Shown: positions 47,128-55,877 of the stretch, one piece after another
Layout of the letters: each line of letters opens with the position of its first letter
Position numbering within the stretch: position 1 is the stretch's first letter
Source of the DNA: an archaeon
GTDB taxonomy: Archaea > Nanobdellota > Nanobdellia > Pacearchaeales > GW2011-AR1
Assembly: GCA_043821585.1 (NCBI GenBank)
Contig: JBDRCQ010000015.1
Coordinates: 2,909 to 66,908, forward strand
DNA length: 64,000 nt
Direction: 5' to 3'
Position numbers and translations under genes: made by a program
Notes under the pieces: generated by a model
What the model saw: only the letters and a program-made list of their open reading frames with translations
Told to the model about the DNA's origin: nothing
Database searches by the model: none

Positions 47128-47643
47128 ATGACAGATAAAAAACCTGCGGAGAATAAAAATCCTGATGCGTCTAAAATTGTTGTAAGGAGTTCTAAGGTTC
47201 ATGGCAACGGGGTCTTCGCGGCTCGTGACATTGCGAAAGGCGAGAAAGTAATTGAGTATGTTGGACGGATTGTTACCAAGGATGAGGCTGACAAGATAGC
47301 GGATGAGCAACTTGAGAAATCTAATGGGCACAAGGATTGTGGGGGCGTTTATATTTTTGAGTTAAATAAGAAGTATGACCTTGACGGGAATGTCGAGTGG
47401 AATCCTGCTCGTTATATTAATCATTCTTGTGATCCTAATTGTGAAACGGAAGGGGACGATGAGCACATTTGGATTGAGGCTATGAGGGATATCAAGAAAA
47501 GGGAGGAGTTGAGCTATGATTACTGTTACGATCTTGATAACTGGGACGAGCATCCTTGTAAGTGTGGAGCTTCAAACTGTGTTGGTTATATTGTTAACGA
47601 GAAGCTGCGTGGGAAGTTGGAAGAGTTGAAGAAGAAGCGTTAA
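47128..47643 (+). CDS. SET-domain protein-lysine methyltransferase with post-SET motif
   Basis: HGNGVFAARDI, EYVG, ARYINHSCDPNC, EELSYDY, CKCGASNC. Confidence 0.93.
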   Translation: MTDKKPAENKNPDASKIVVRSSKVHGNGVFAARDIAKGEKVIEYVGRIVTKDEADKIADEQLEKSNGHKDCGGVYIFELNKKYDLDGNVEWNPARYINHSCDPNCETEGDDEHIWIEAMRDIKKREELSYDYCYDLDNWDEHPCKCGASNCVGYIVNEKLRGKLEELKKKR

Positions 47644-47861
47644 TATCGGTCAAAAGCGCTTGATCTTATGATTTCAGCTTTTCTTTTTTGTTCTGCTTGT
47701 TTTGCTAGATAGACGGGGCATTTGCGATGTTCAAAGGTGTAACATGTCCTTCTTGCTTCATCTTCTTCAGCTTGGTCGCTTAGCCATGCTGCTTCGGGGC
47801 CGCATTTCGCCGTGTAGGGACATTCGCCTATTCCTAGTGCGCCTAAGATTCGAAGTAACAT
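47640..47861 (-). CDS. Small Cys-containing hypothetical protein
   Basis: ECPY..KC...C....H.KCPVY; TATA upstream. Confidence 0.55.
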   Translation of the reverse strand: MLLRILGALGIGECPYTAKCGPEAAWLSDQAEEDEARRTCYTFEHRKCPVYLAKQAEQKRKAEIIRSSAFDRY

Positions 47862-47905
47862 AGTAAATCATCTCGGAAGGAATTAATAAATATTACTGTT
47901 AGCCG

Positions 47906-48038
47906 GACTCTGTCCGGAATTACCTTTCTGGTTGATTTTACGAATCCCCCATTTTTCGACTGTCGTTGAATCCCGCCCTTAACCCGCCTTCCCTCCCCAC
48001 ATCTAGATAGGTAAAATCAACAAATTTCGGACAGAGCC
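47906..48038. mobile_element. 133-bp MITE with a perfect 9-bp target site duplication
   Basis: Ends GACTCTGTCCG/CGGACAGAGCC, subterminal GTTGATTTTAC/GTAAAATCAAC, TSD TGTTAGCCG (47897-47905 and 48039-48047). Confidence 0.88.
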
Positions 48039-48082
48039 TGTTAGCCGCAAATATTTATTAACTCTTTTTTTATTTGGAATTT

Positions 48083-48373
48083 ATGAATCTTAGACTTCAA
48101 GATCAGCAAAACAGGCTGGCAGATGAAGGTGCTTCCCCTGAAGTGGTCTGGGGAGCAGATGACTTTGAGGCGTTGAGAGCATCCTTTCCAGACATTGTTC
48201 TTTTAGAAGACAGGCCGAATTATAGGTCTTGGGGTTTGGATGGCGGGTTAGAAATAGCATATCGGTGTGGACCCTGTCAGAGGATCATCGTTGGTACTCC
48301 TAAGGCGGGCAGGGAGGACGAGAATGTTTATTGTCATCGGTGTGGCGCAAATCTTACCGACAATCAGCTGTGA
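48083..48373 (+). CDS. Small zinc-ribbon hypothetical protein
   Basis: YRCGPC...YCHRCG. Confidence 0.65.
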   Translation: MNLRLQDQQNRLADEGASPEVVWGADDFEALRASFPDIVLLEDRPNYRSWGLDGGLEIAYRCGPCQRIIVGTPKAGREDENVYCHRCGANLTDNQL

Positions 48374-48379
48374 TTTAAA

Positions 48380-49054
48380 TCATAATTTTTTTAGAACATT
48401 AATCTCGTCGAAGCTCACGCTAGAGCCTTTGAATTTTGTGGCGAAGAGTCCTGCTTCTAAGGCTTTTGGGTCTTTGAGTTTTAGGACGCCTTTTTTGTAT
48501 GCCACATAAACTAACTCTGTTGAACGGATGAACCTAAAATTCCTGAATTGGGTAAAATTGTTTTTTTCTAATGTGACGTTGAAGTGAAGGCGTTTTGACA
48601 TTAGCTTTTGAAGGTTTTCTGGTTTTTCGGAGAGGATGCGGGTTGTTCTTTCGTCTACTCCGATGATGTTTTCGATTCCTTTTTCAGTTAGTTGTTTGCT
48701 TAGTGCGAGACAGGACATTTCTGCATCGCTTACAATCCTTATGAATTTTCCTCTGGCTTCGACGGTGTTGTTTGCTATGTCCATAAGGGCTTTTGTCTCT
48801 AATTTTACTGATTCGTTTGAGATTGAGAATGCTTCGGGCATTTCTAGAGTTCCTGATGAGATAAGCTCCTTGATTCTTAATGCGCCTAGTTCAAATCTTG
48901 GGACACCAGCAGGTCTGTCGACTGTTTCGTATTTTACGTCAGAAGTTATTGCAAGTCTGACTCCTGTCAGTTTTTTTAATTCTGGTAAGATATAGAGTAA
49001 ACCGTTCATGCTAAGATTGATTAGTGTGCCTGAATCTAGTACGAGGATTTTCAT
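48380..49054 (-). CDS. PIN-domain-like conserved protein
   Basis: LVLDSGTLI, V.YET, AEMSCLAL, VDERTTR. Confidence 0.8.
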   Translation of the reverse strand: MKILVLDSGTLINLSMNGLLYILPELKKLTGVRLAITSDVKYETVDRPAGVPRFELGALRIKELISSGTLEMPEAFSISNESVKLETKALMDIANNTVEARGKFIRIVSDAEMSCLALSKQLTEKGIENIIGVDERTTRILSEKPENLQKLMSKRLHFNVTLEKNNFTQFRNFRFIRSTELVYVAYKKGVLKLKDPKALEAGLFATKFKGSSVSFDEINVLKKL

Positions 49055-49551
49055 TTTGTTTTCCCCCAGACCAGGACGTCGATGAACTTGCCGTTTTTTT
49101 TGTAGTGTTTCTTTAGTCGGCCCTCAAGCTTGTAGTTGTTTTTCTTCATTGCTTTTCCTGACGCAGGGTTGTCTGAGTCGTTGTCTCCCCAGACTTTGTA
49201 ACATTTCAATTCCTTGAATGCAAATTTAGTTGCCTCCTTGACAGCTTTTGTCGCAATTCCTTTGCCCCAATGTTCTTTTCCTACGAAGTAGCCGATTTCG
49301 TATCTGCCCTTGTCTTTGCTAGGATTTTCTAAGAATACTTGGCCTACTGCTTTGTTGTTCGATAGGATTGTGAACGAGTAAGTTTTTTTCTTTTTCCATT
49401 CTTCTAGGCCTTTTGAGATGTCTTTCTTGATTCTACTTAACAGGCAAGGATGGGGATAGCCTGCTAGTTCTTTTGTTACTCCCTTGCTATTGATCTGTTC
49501 GTGGATTGCTCCTGCGTCAGATATGCGTGTTTTACGGATTGTTATTTTCAT
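49051..49551 (-). CDS. RimJ/RimL-type GNAT acetyltransferase
   Basis: EIGYFVGKEHWGKGIAT, NPASGKAM, EGRLK. Confidence 0.92.
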   Translation of the reverse strand: MKITIRKTRISDAGAIHEQINSKGVTKELAGYPHPCLLSRIKKDISKGLEEWKKKKTYSFTILSNNKAVGQVFLENPSKDKGRYEIGYFVGKEHWGKGIATKAVKEATKFAFKELKCYKVWGDNDSDNPASGKAMKKNNYKLEGRLKKHYKKNGKFIDVLVWGKTK

Positions 49552-50006
49552 ATGTCTACCTCCAATGTCTTGCTATATTCTTCAAAGCCCATTGATTTGT
49601 AAGCATTAATGGCGGGTTCGTTTTGAGCAGATGCGATGACTTTTGCTTTGTGGGCGTCCTTTACTTTTGCCCAATCAATAAATTCTTTTATCAATTGTTT
49701 TCCAACGCCTTTCCTTCGGTGTTCTTTTAATATTAACATGTTTTCTAGTTTTGCTATCTGCTTGATCTTCCTGTAGTCTGCTGCTGTGGTGATTGCGCCG
49801 ATAAGGTATCCCATAATTTCTCCTTCATCTTCTGCGATAAGCGTTATGGAATCTTTTCCGGTAATGCTTTTTTTGTAATAGTCCTCGTTTTTGGAGGGCC
49901 AACCAATATCTAATGTTTTATCAAACTTGAAGTCATGATGAAATAGTTCTTGATTTAGTTTTTTAATTTCTTTTAAGTCTTCAATTGTGGCTTTGCGGAT
50001 TTTCAT
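49548..50006 (-). CDS. GNAT acetyltransferase
   Basis: IRKAT..DL, HRRKGVGKQL, N..AINAYKSMGF. Confidence 0.92.
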   Translation of the reverse strand: MKIRKATIEDLKEIKKLNQELFHHDFKFDKTLDIGWPSKNEDYYKKSITGKDSITLIAEDEGEIMGYLIGAITTAADYRKIKQIAKLENMLILKEHRRKGVGKQLIKEFIDWAKVKDAHKAKVIASAQNEPAINAYKSMGFEEYSKTLEVDI

Positions 50007-50653
50007 TTTTTCTTCTCCATAAACAGATAATTCACAACGTGGTTCTTGCTGCCTCTGAAAGTTTCGGTCACTTTGCTTTCGATTATTTTGAAATAGGGTT
50101 CGAAAATATCTTTAATTTCATCCAATGATGAGAAGTATAACTTTACTCCAGTGGGGCCTTTAGAATCTTCTGGCACTACTCTAACCTTTGGGCCAGGTCC
50201 GGTAATTTTTGGATCTTGATCGTTGAAACAAACTGAAAGTATCTTTCCGTTATTGTTTGTTATCTTATTTAGGTTTTCTACGTACTTCTTCCTTTCTGAG
50301 GGAGCTATCTGGTGTAAGAGAGTCCATTCAAATATGAAATCAAATTTTTCATTTAGGTTATCTAAGTCTAGGGCATCCAAGGTCTTGAACTCTATGTTTG
50401 CGTTTGCTTTTTTGGCATTTTCTTTTGCAATGTTTATTGCGTTTTCTGAGATGTCTATTCCAGTTACATCGAAACCTTTTGAGGCTAAGTAAATTGAGTA
50501 AAGGCCTTCTCCACAACCAACGTCAAGAACCTTGCAGGGTTTAATTTTTCCAGTTTCGATTAAATCCATCAGTTCTTTTGGAGGTTCTGTTTCTGTCCAT
50601 GGCGTTTCCTTGGACTCTCCGTATGCTTTTTCGAAGGCTTGTTTTTGCGTCAT
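50003..50653 (-). CDS. Class I SAM-dependent methyltransferase
   Basis: VLDVGCGEG, VTGIDIS, FDFIF. Confidence 0.92.
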   Translation of the reverse strand: MTQKQAFEKAYGESKETPWTETEPPKELMDLIETGKIKPCKVLDVGCGEGLYSIYLASKGFDVTGIDISENAINIAKENAKKANANIEFKTLDALDLDNLNEKFDFIFEWTLLHQIAPSERKKYVENLNKITNNNGKILSVCFNDQDPKITGPGPKVRVVPEDSKGPTGVKLYFSSLDEIKDIFEPYFKIIESKVTETFRGSKNHVVNYLFMEKKK

Positions 50654-51168
50654 TTCTTTCCTCCAACTCTAATTGGTTTTAAGTTGTACTTATCGAATAG
50701 GACTTTAGTTCCTTTGTTCATGTCCGCGTTGAGGGCTGTGATTCCGATGATCTTTCCTTTTTGTTTTTCTATTAATTTGATTGCTGATTTCATTTGTGCG
50801 CCTGTTTCGATCCATTCATCAACAATCAGTATTTTTTCTCCTCTTTTAATTGAGTTTTTCCTTATTTCAAAACTTTTTTCTTTTTTTGTGTAGTCCTTGA
50901 ATGAGTTGCTTAATTTGTTCTTGCCAGGTATCTTTCCTTTCTTTCTTATTAATACAAGACTTTTGTTTAGTTTGTAGGCTATAGCTGAGCCGAGGATAAA
51001 TCCTAGCGCGTCTAAACAGGCGATCTTGTCGGTTCTCTCTTTTCTGAAGGGTTTTATTAAATCAATTATCAAATTGTGAAATACCTTAGAGTTTTCGAAG
51101 AGAGGAGATACGTCGCATCTTTCGCCTTTATTATGAATTAGGAAGGGCTTGTAATATTGGAACTTCAT
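50650..51168 (-). CDS. apt: Adenine phosphoribosyltransferase-like protein
   Basis: LDALGFILG, IRKKGKIP, PRPP loop ILIVDEWIETG. Confidence 0.75.
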   Translation of the reverse strand: MKFQYYKPFLIHNKGERCDVSPLFENSKVFHNLIIDLIKPFRKERTDKIACLDALGFILGSAIAYKLNKSLVLIRKKGKIPGKNKLSNSFKDYTKKEKSFEIRKNSIKRGEKILIVDEWIETGAQMKSAIKLIEKQKGKIIGITALNADMNKGTKVLFDKYNLKPIRVGGKK

Positions 51169-51737
51169 GAAAAGAACTCCATGGCCATCTTAGCTCGTTG
51201 TTTGACATTTATTGTTTGATTTTGTTTGACGTCTGCGAAGGATCTTGAGCCGATGTAGTCTGAAAGCTCCCATTGGGAAATGCCCAGGAGGTTAGCTGTT
51301 TGTTCTAATGAAATTCCGTGTTCGTAGATCTTTGAACCTTTGTTTATAGATGCTTTTTTTAGGACGTCTTGGATGTAGGGTTTTAGAGTTATTGAATTGG
51401 ATGAGATGATTTGTCTCGCTTTGTTTATGTGCCTTCCGTAGGCGTCAGGGTTTTCGTCTTCTAGGGCTTTTATGGCCAAGTCGAGAGTTGCGTTGAATTT
51501 TTTTACGAATTTGTCCCAATCTTTTATCTTTTTGTAGTCTTCTCTTTCTACAAGTTTGCTAAGGGTGTAGATTATTACCGCGATAGTTATGCTTGAGGAA
51601 TCTTGTTGTGAGGATGCAGTATTTACTGTTCGGTTAGAAAGGGCCTTGAGCTGAGAAACGTTCTTGTTTAAGAGCGCTTGTTTGGCCTGTTCTAGCACAT
51701 AGGCCTGATGGCTTATTTCCTCTTTTGGTAAATGCAT
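51165..51737 (-). CDS. Conserved hypothetical protein with C-terminal HTH-like segment
   Basis: KASINKGSKIYEHGISLEQTANLLGISQWELSDYIG. Confidence 0.8.
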   Translation of the reverse strand: MHLPKEEISHQAYVLEQAKQALLNKNVSQLKALSNRTVNTASSQQDSSSITIAVIIYTLSKLVEREDYKKIKDWDKFVKKFNATLDLAIKALEDENPDAYGRHINKARQIISSNSITLKPYIQDVLKKASINKGSKIYEHGISLEQTANLLGISQWELSDYIGSRSFADVKQNQTINVKQRAKMAMEFFS

Positions 51738-51853
51738 TATTTAACGAGGTGGGAGAGTTATATAAATTTATGTTTGGGTTTTGACGTCAATTAATCTTCT
51801 AACCAAATTTCTTAATAGGGAACATTTAAATAACGAGGTTATTCTCGGGATTA

Positions 51854-52351
51854 ATGGACAGTCAGAGAAAACTAGATCAAGGGCATTGCTCTGTTGAACC
51901 TAATGAGGGGGCTGTGGCGAGCAATAGCTCGGGGGATGTTGCTGGGGGATTTATTGGTTCTAGTTTGACTTATCTTGTTCTTTCTGGAGGGGTATCGCCG
52001 TTTGTTGCTTCTGCTGGCAGTCTGATAGCTGGAGGGTTGTTGGGGGGGTTGATTGGGAACAGAGGAAGAAGAGTTTATGGGGCAGTACGTACAGGCACTG
52101 TGGCACTTGCAGCAAATGTTTTACTCTCATTGGGGTCCCATATAGGTTATCATGAGGCTCAAGTGAATACTGTGCTTTTAACTGATGCACTAGATCGCGG
52201 GAAAAGGGCGGTAGTTGCTATTCAGAATGATGGAGATGAACATTATCTTCTAGAGACGAGACCCTCTGGTGGTTTTTTTTCTGCGTTTGGTGGCGAACAC
52301 GATGAAGAATTAAGAAGACTGGTTTATCATCAAGAAGATCGTGAACCCTAA
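51854..52351 (+). CDS. Hypothetical membrane protein
   Basis: Gly-rich hydrophobic helices; TATA upstream. Confidence 0.6.
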   Translation: MDSQRKLDQGHCSVEPNEGAVASNSSGDVAGGFIGSSLTYLVLSGGVSPFVASAGSLIAGGLLGGLIGNRGRRVYGAVRTGTVALAANVLLSLGSHIGYHEAQVNTVLLTDALDRGKRAVVAIQNDGDEHYLLETRPSGGFFSAFGGEHDEELRRLVYHQEDREP

Positions 52352-52400
52352 ACAATTAAACTGATTTTAGGAAATATAAATTTGGTTGGGCTTGAAGGAT

Positions 52401-53672
52401 TTATTGTTTTTCTTGGAAGTATTCAGTCGTGCCTTTGACTTCGATTGTGTCTTTGAGTCGTTGGAGGGCATGTACATATGCAGCAGTCCTATAATCTACT
52501 TTTTTGTCTTCTTTTATGGCTGAGACTGCGCTAAATGCTTCTTTCATAATCTCCTCTAGTTTTTGGTGGACTTCTGCGAGTTTCCAGTAGTGCCCGGATC
52601 GTCCCTGGAGCCATTCGAAGTAGCTAACAGTTACGCCGCCCGCGTTGACTAAGATATCTGGCAGAATGTTTATTCCTCTGGCGAATAGAATCTCGTCAGC
52701 ATCAGGGGTTGTTGGGCCGTTTGCTAGTTCGAAAATGTGTTTTGCTTTTATATCATTTGCGTTTTCTTTTGTTATCTGGTTTTCTAGTGCAGCTAATAAG
52801 AGTATGTCCACGTCGAGTTCGAGGATTTCTTTGTTTGTTATTTTTACGTGGGTTGCATCTAATTCTTCCAGGATTTTCTTCTCTTTTTTGTTTTTCATCA
52901 ATTCTCCTGGATTAAGTTTTCCTTCTTTTGCGAGGATGCCCGTTTTAGAATCGCTTACTGCTTTTATGTGGAATCCTGCTTCGTTGAGTAATCTTGCGAT
53001 ATGGAAACCTGCGTTTCCGAATCCTTGGATTGCTACAGTTGTTTTAGAAGGAGTTAGGTTTTTTTCTTTGGAGTATTCTTCAAGAATGTAAAACGCTCCG
53101 CGGGCTGTTGCGTCGTCTCTGCCTAAACTTCCTCCTAGGCTAACTGGTTTTCCTGTGATAAAAGATGGATGGAGCTTGCGGGCTATTTTGTTATACTCAT
53201 CGGACATCCAGCCCATAATCATTTCATTCGTATAGACGTCTGGTGCAGGGATGTCGATGTCAGGGCCGATGAATTCGTATAATGCTCGGACGTAGCCTCT
53301 GCTTAGTCTTTCTACTTCTGTTTTTGATAGTTTTGAAGGATCCACTTTTATCCCGCCTTTTGCACCACCGAATGGAATTCCCGCGACTGCGCATTTGAAT
53401 GTCATCCAAAAGGCAAGGGCTTTAACTTCGTCAAGGTCTGCGTCTGGGTGGAATCGAATTCCTCCTTTTCCAGGTCCGCGGAGGTCGCTGTGTTGCACTC
53501 TATAGCCTTGGAAGATTTCAAGTGAGCCATCGTCTTTTCTCAGGGGGATACTGACTTGGATTATCTGCTTTGGGTTCTCGAGAATTTTTTTTACGTCTTC
53601 GCTTAGTGAGGTGTGTTCGCTTGCTTTTTCTAATTGCTTTTTCGCGTTTTCGAAAACAGATTCTTTTGTCAT
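52401..53672 (-). CDS. gdhA: Glutamate dehydrogenase (ELFV family)
   Basis: GPGKGGIRFHP, MTFKCA, GGAKGG, DIPAPD, ITGKP, QGFGNAG, ELANGPTT, NAGGVTVSYFEW. Confidence 0.96.
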   Translation of the reverse strand: MTKESVFENAKKQLEKASEHTSLSEDVKKILENPKQIIQVSIPLRKDDGSLEIFQGYRVQHSDLRGPGKGGIRFHPDADLDEVKALAFWMTFKCAVAGIPFGGAKGGIKVDPSKLSKTEVERLSRGYVRALYEFIGPDIDIPAPDVYTNEMIMGWMSDEYNKIARKLHPSFITGKPVSLGGSLGRDDATARGAFYILEEYSKEKNLTPSKTTVAIQGFGNAGFHIARLLNEAGFHIKAVSDSKTGILAKEGKLNPGELMKNKKEKKILEELDATHVKITNKEILELDVDILLLAALENQITKENANDIKAKHIFELANGPTTPDADEILFARGINILPDILVNAGGVTVSYFEWLQGRSGHYWKLAEVHQKLEEIMKEAFSAVSAIKEDKKVDYRTAAYVHALQRLKDTIEVKGTTEYFQEKQ

Positions 53673-53839
53673 TTTGTTAACTAGCGTGAACGGTTTTTAA
53701 GGATTTTGTTAACAGGGGTTGCGGTTAGGAAGCCTGCTCTCTGCAGAGTTCGCGAATGCTGAGCAGTTACGTTGACACTGTTTTGTTAACAATGTGAAAT
53801 TACCGAAGGTTTTAAATAACAGTTGTTTGTTTATTCTCT

Positions 53840-55330
53840 ATGGGATGTAGATGGCTGTTTCTTTTGGGAGGCGTTTTTCTTATTTGTGTCGTCTTTGGTG
53901 GTTTTGTGAGTGCTTATACTCTGACTGATAATGTCGGCGTTGATGAAATTGTCTGCCAAAGTTATGAAGATTCTATGGATATCCGAAGTGTTGATTTTGA
54001 ATACGTTGGAGACCATATGGATGTAGTGATAACTGTTAAGGGCGATGGATCTGGAGAAATTCCGTTGCCAGGGTCTTCTCATTTTGCTTACACTGTTCGA
54101 TTTTCGCAAACTGAACAAGCCAGAATAAATCTGCGGACTTCTGGGAGTGTCGATTGTTTTAATGACTGCCAATCTCCGTCAGTGAGTGGAAATACCTTAA
54201 GGTTTAATTGGAACCAAGCCCCACCGAGTTCCTCAAGAACTGTGAGTGGTAGTGTTGTTTATTGGGGGGGAGATGGAGTTTGTAGAACAGGGGACACGGT
54301 TAGTGGGACTTTGCCTGCTGAAGGTTCTTCTCCTCCGGAGTGCGGAGATGGGAACGTTGACGATGGAGAGGGATGTGATGGAAGTAATCTAAATGGAGAG
54401 ACTTGCCAAACTCAGGGTTTTGACTCTGGGAGTTTAAGTTGTGATTCTAGTTGTAATATTATTACGAGTGGTTGTAGCAACGAAGGAGGGGGTTCGAGCG
54501 AGGAGATGAATGCAGTGAGTTTGTATTTGACTCCGGCGTCTAGTGCTCCAGCAGTTATTGGACAGCCTTATGGAGTTGATGTGATTGTTAAATCTGAGGG
54601 GCAAGATCCTTTTGTGATGGTTAATTTAATACTCCTCTGGGATCCTACAAAGGCTACCCTGAATACAGAGATTGATCTTAGCAATGCAGACTATACAGAC
54701 TGGATGATATCTGAGTTTATTCCAGGTTTTCCTATTAATGATAACTTAGTGGATGGTGATGCAGAGTTTAATTTATTGGCTGGTTATCCTGGTGCTCCAG
54801 TTGCAACTTCCGAAGGAATTAATGTTGGAAGATTTTGGTTGACTCCTTTGACTAGCGATTTTAACTTTAATGTTAAGAAAAGTTATACTGCTCGTGAGGG
54901 TGGTGCGGATTATTACACTACTGCAGTTTATGATGATGAGTACGGCGGGTGGGATATTTTGCCTTACTATGATATTCACGGCGGTGTTGGTGAATTATTT
55001 ATGCCTGATTTGACTCAGCCTTATTGTGGAAATGGGATTGTTGATGAAGGGGAAGAGTGTGATGGTTATGATGGGATAGGGTATTGCGTGGATCTTGGAT
55101 ACTCTGGGGGAATTTATGGCTGCACTACTGATTGTATTGTTGATGTTACTGGATGTGATGGGGCAGAACCTAGCGGATTATGTGGAAATGGCGTTGTTGA
55201 TGAGGGTGAGGCCTGTGATGGAACAGACTTGAGGGGAATGACTTGTGAATTTGTAGGTGGCGGAGATGCGGAAGGAGTTTTGGGCTGTTTAGCAGATTGT
55301 TCTAATTTTGACGTTAGTGGGTGTTATTAA
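53840..55330 (+). CDS. Secreted Cys-rich surface protein (CGxG..D.GE.CDG repeats and a cohesin-like domain)
   Basis: Signal peptide; three CG(D/N)G.VD.GE.CDG repeats; central beta-rich domain with LLWDPT. Confidence 0.8.
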   Translation: MGCRWLFLLGGVFLICVVFGGFVSAYTLTDNVGVDEIVCQSYEDSMDIRSVDFEYVGDHMDVVITVKGDGSGEIPLPGSSHFAYTVRFSQTEQARINLRTSGSVDCFNDCQSPSVSGNTLRFNWNQAPPSSSRTVSGSVVYWGGDGVCRTGDTVSGTLPAEGSSPPECGDGNVDDGEGCDGSNLNGETCQTQGFDSGSLSCDSSCNIITSGCSNEGGGSSEEMNAVSLYLTPASSAPAVIGQPYGVDVIVKSEGQDPFVMVNLILLWDPTKATLNTEIDLSNADYTDWMISEFIPGFPINDNLVDGDAEFNLLAGYPGAPVATSEGINVGRFWLTPLTSDFNFNVKKSYTAREGGADYYTTAVYDDEYGGWDILPYYDIHGGVGELFMPDLTQPYCGNGIVDEGEECDGYDGIGYCVDLGYSGGIYGCTTDCIVDVTGCDGAEPSGLCGNGVVDEGEACDGTDLRGMTCEFVGGGDAEGVLGCLADCSNFDVSGCY

Positions 55331-55441
55331 TTTTTCTGGGTGTGCTGGAAAAATGTACTTTTTGGTGTTGTTTTGTTTAAGAATATCATCGGCTGGGTTG
55401 AAATTAAGAAAACAGTTTAAATAGGCGGTTTGCTTTAATGT

Positions 55442-55837
55442 TTGATGAATTTAATGAGTACAATTCTTTTGGGAGTGCTTGTGATCTTAGTTTTGTTTGT
55501 TGGAGCCTCGTTTTTTGGTAGTTTATTCGAATCGGTAGATAATGGGGGCAAAAATGAAACCTCTTCTTTCGGGGAGTGTTTGACTGAGACAGGCGTAGAA
55601 GTTTACGCTGTTCCAGACTGCGCGCGTTGTGCTGAACAGATTAGGCTGTTTGGAGAAAGTTGGGAGGATTTGAATGTGGTCGAGTGCGATGCAGGGATCT
55701 ATTCAGCCCATAGGGGTATTTGTGAAATGTCTGAGAATTCAGGACAATACATTTGGGTTTTTGGTTCTGGCAAGGTTGTTCCTGGCGTGTTGACTTCTAA
55801 AAGGTTAAGTGAAGAGAGCGGTTGTGAGTTGAACTAA
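55442..55837 (+). CDS. Membrane-anchored thioredoxin-like protein
   Basis: N-terminal TM, FGECL...Y...CARCAEQ..LFG...VEC...C...W...G...LSEESGC. Confidence 0.75.
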   Translation: MMNLMSTILLGVLVILVLFVGASFFGSLFESVDNGGKNETSSFGECLTETGVEVYAVPDCARCAEQIRLFGESWEDLNVVECDAGIYSAHRGICEMSENSGQYIWVFGSGKVVPGVLTSKRLSEESGCELN

Positions 55838-55877
55838 TTTTAGGAAATAATATTCTTTTGATGCAAGGTGGATACAT

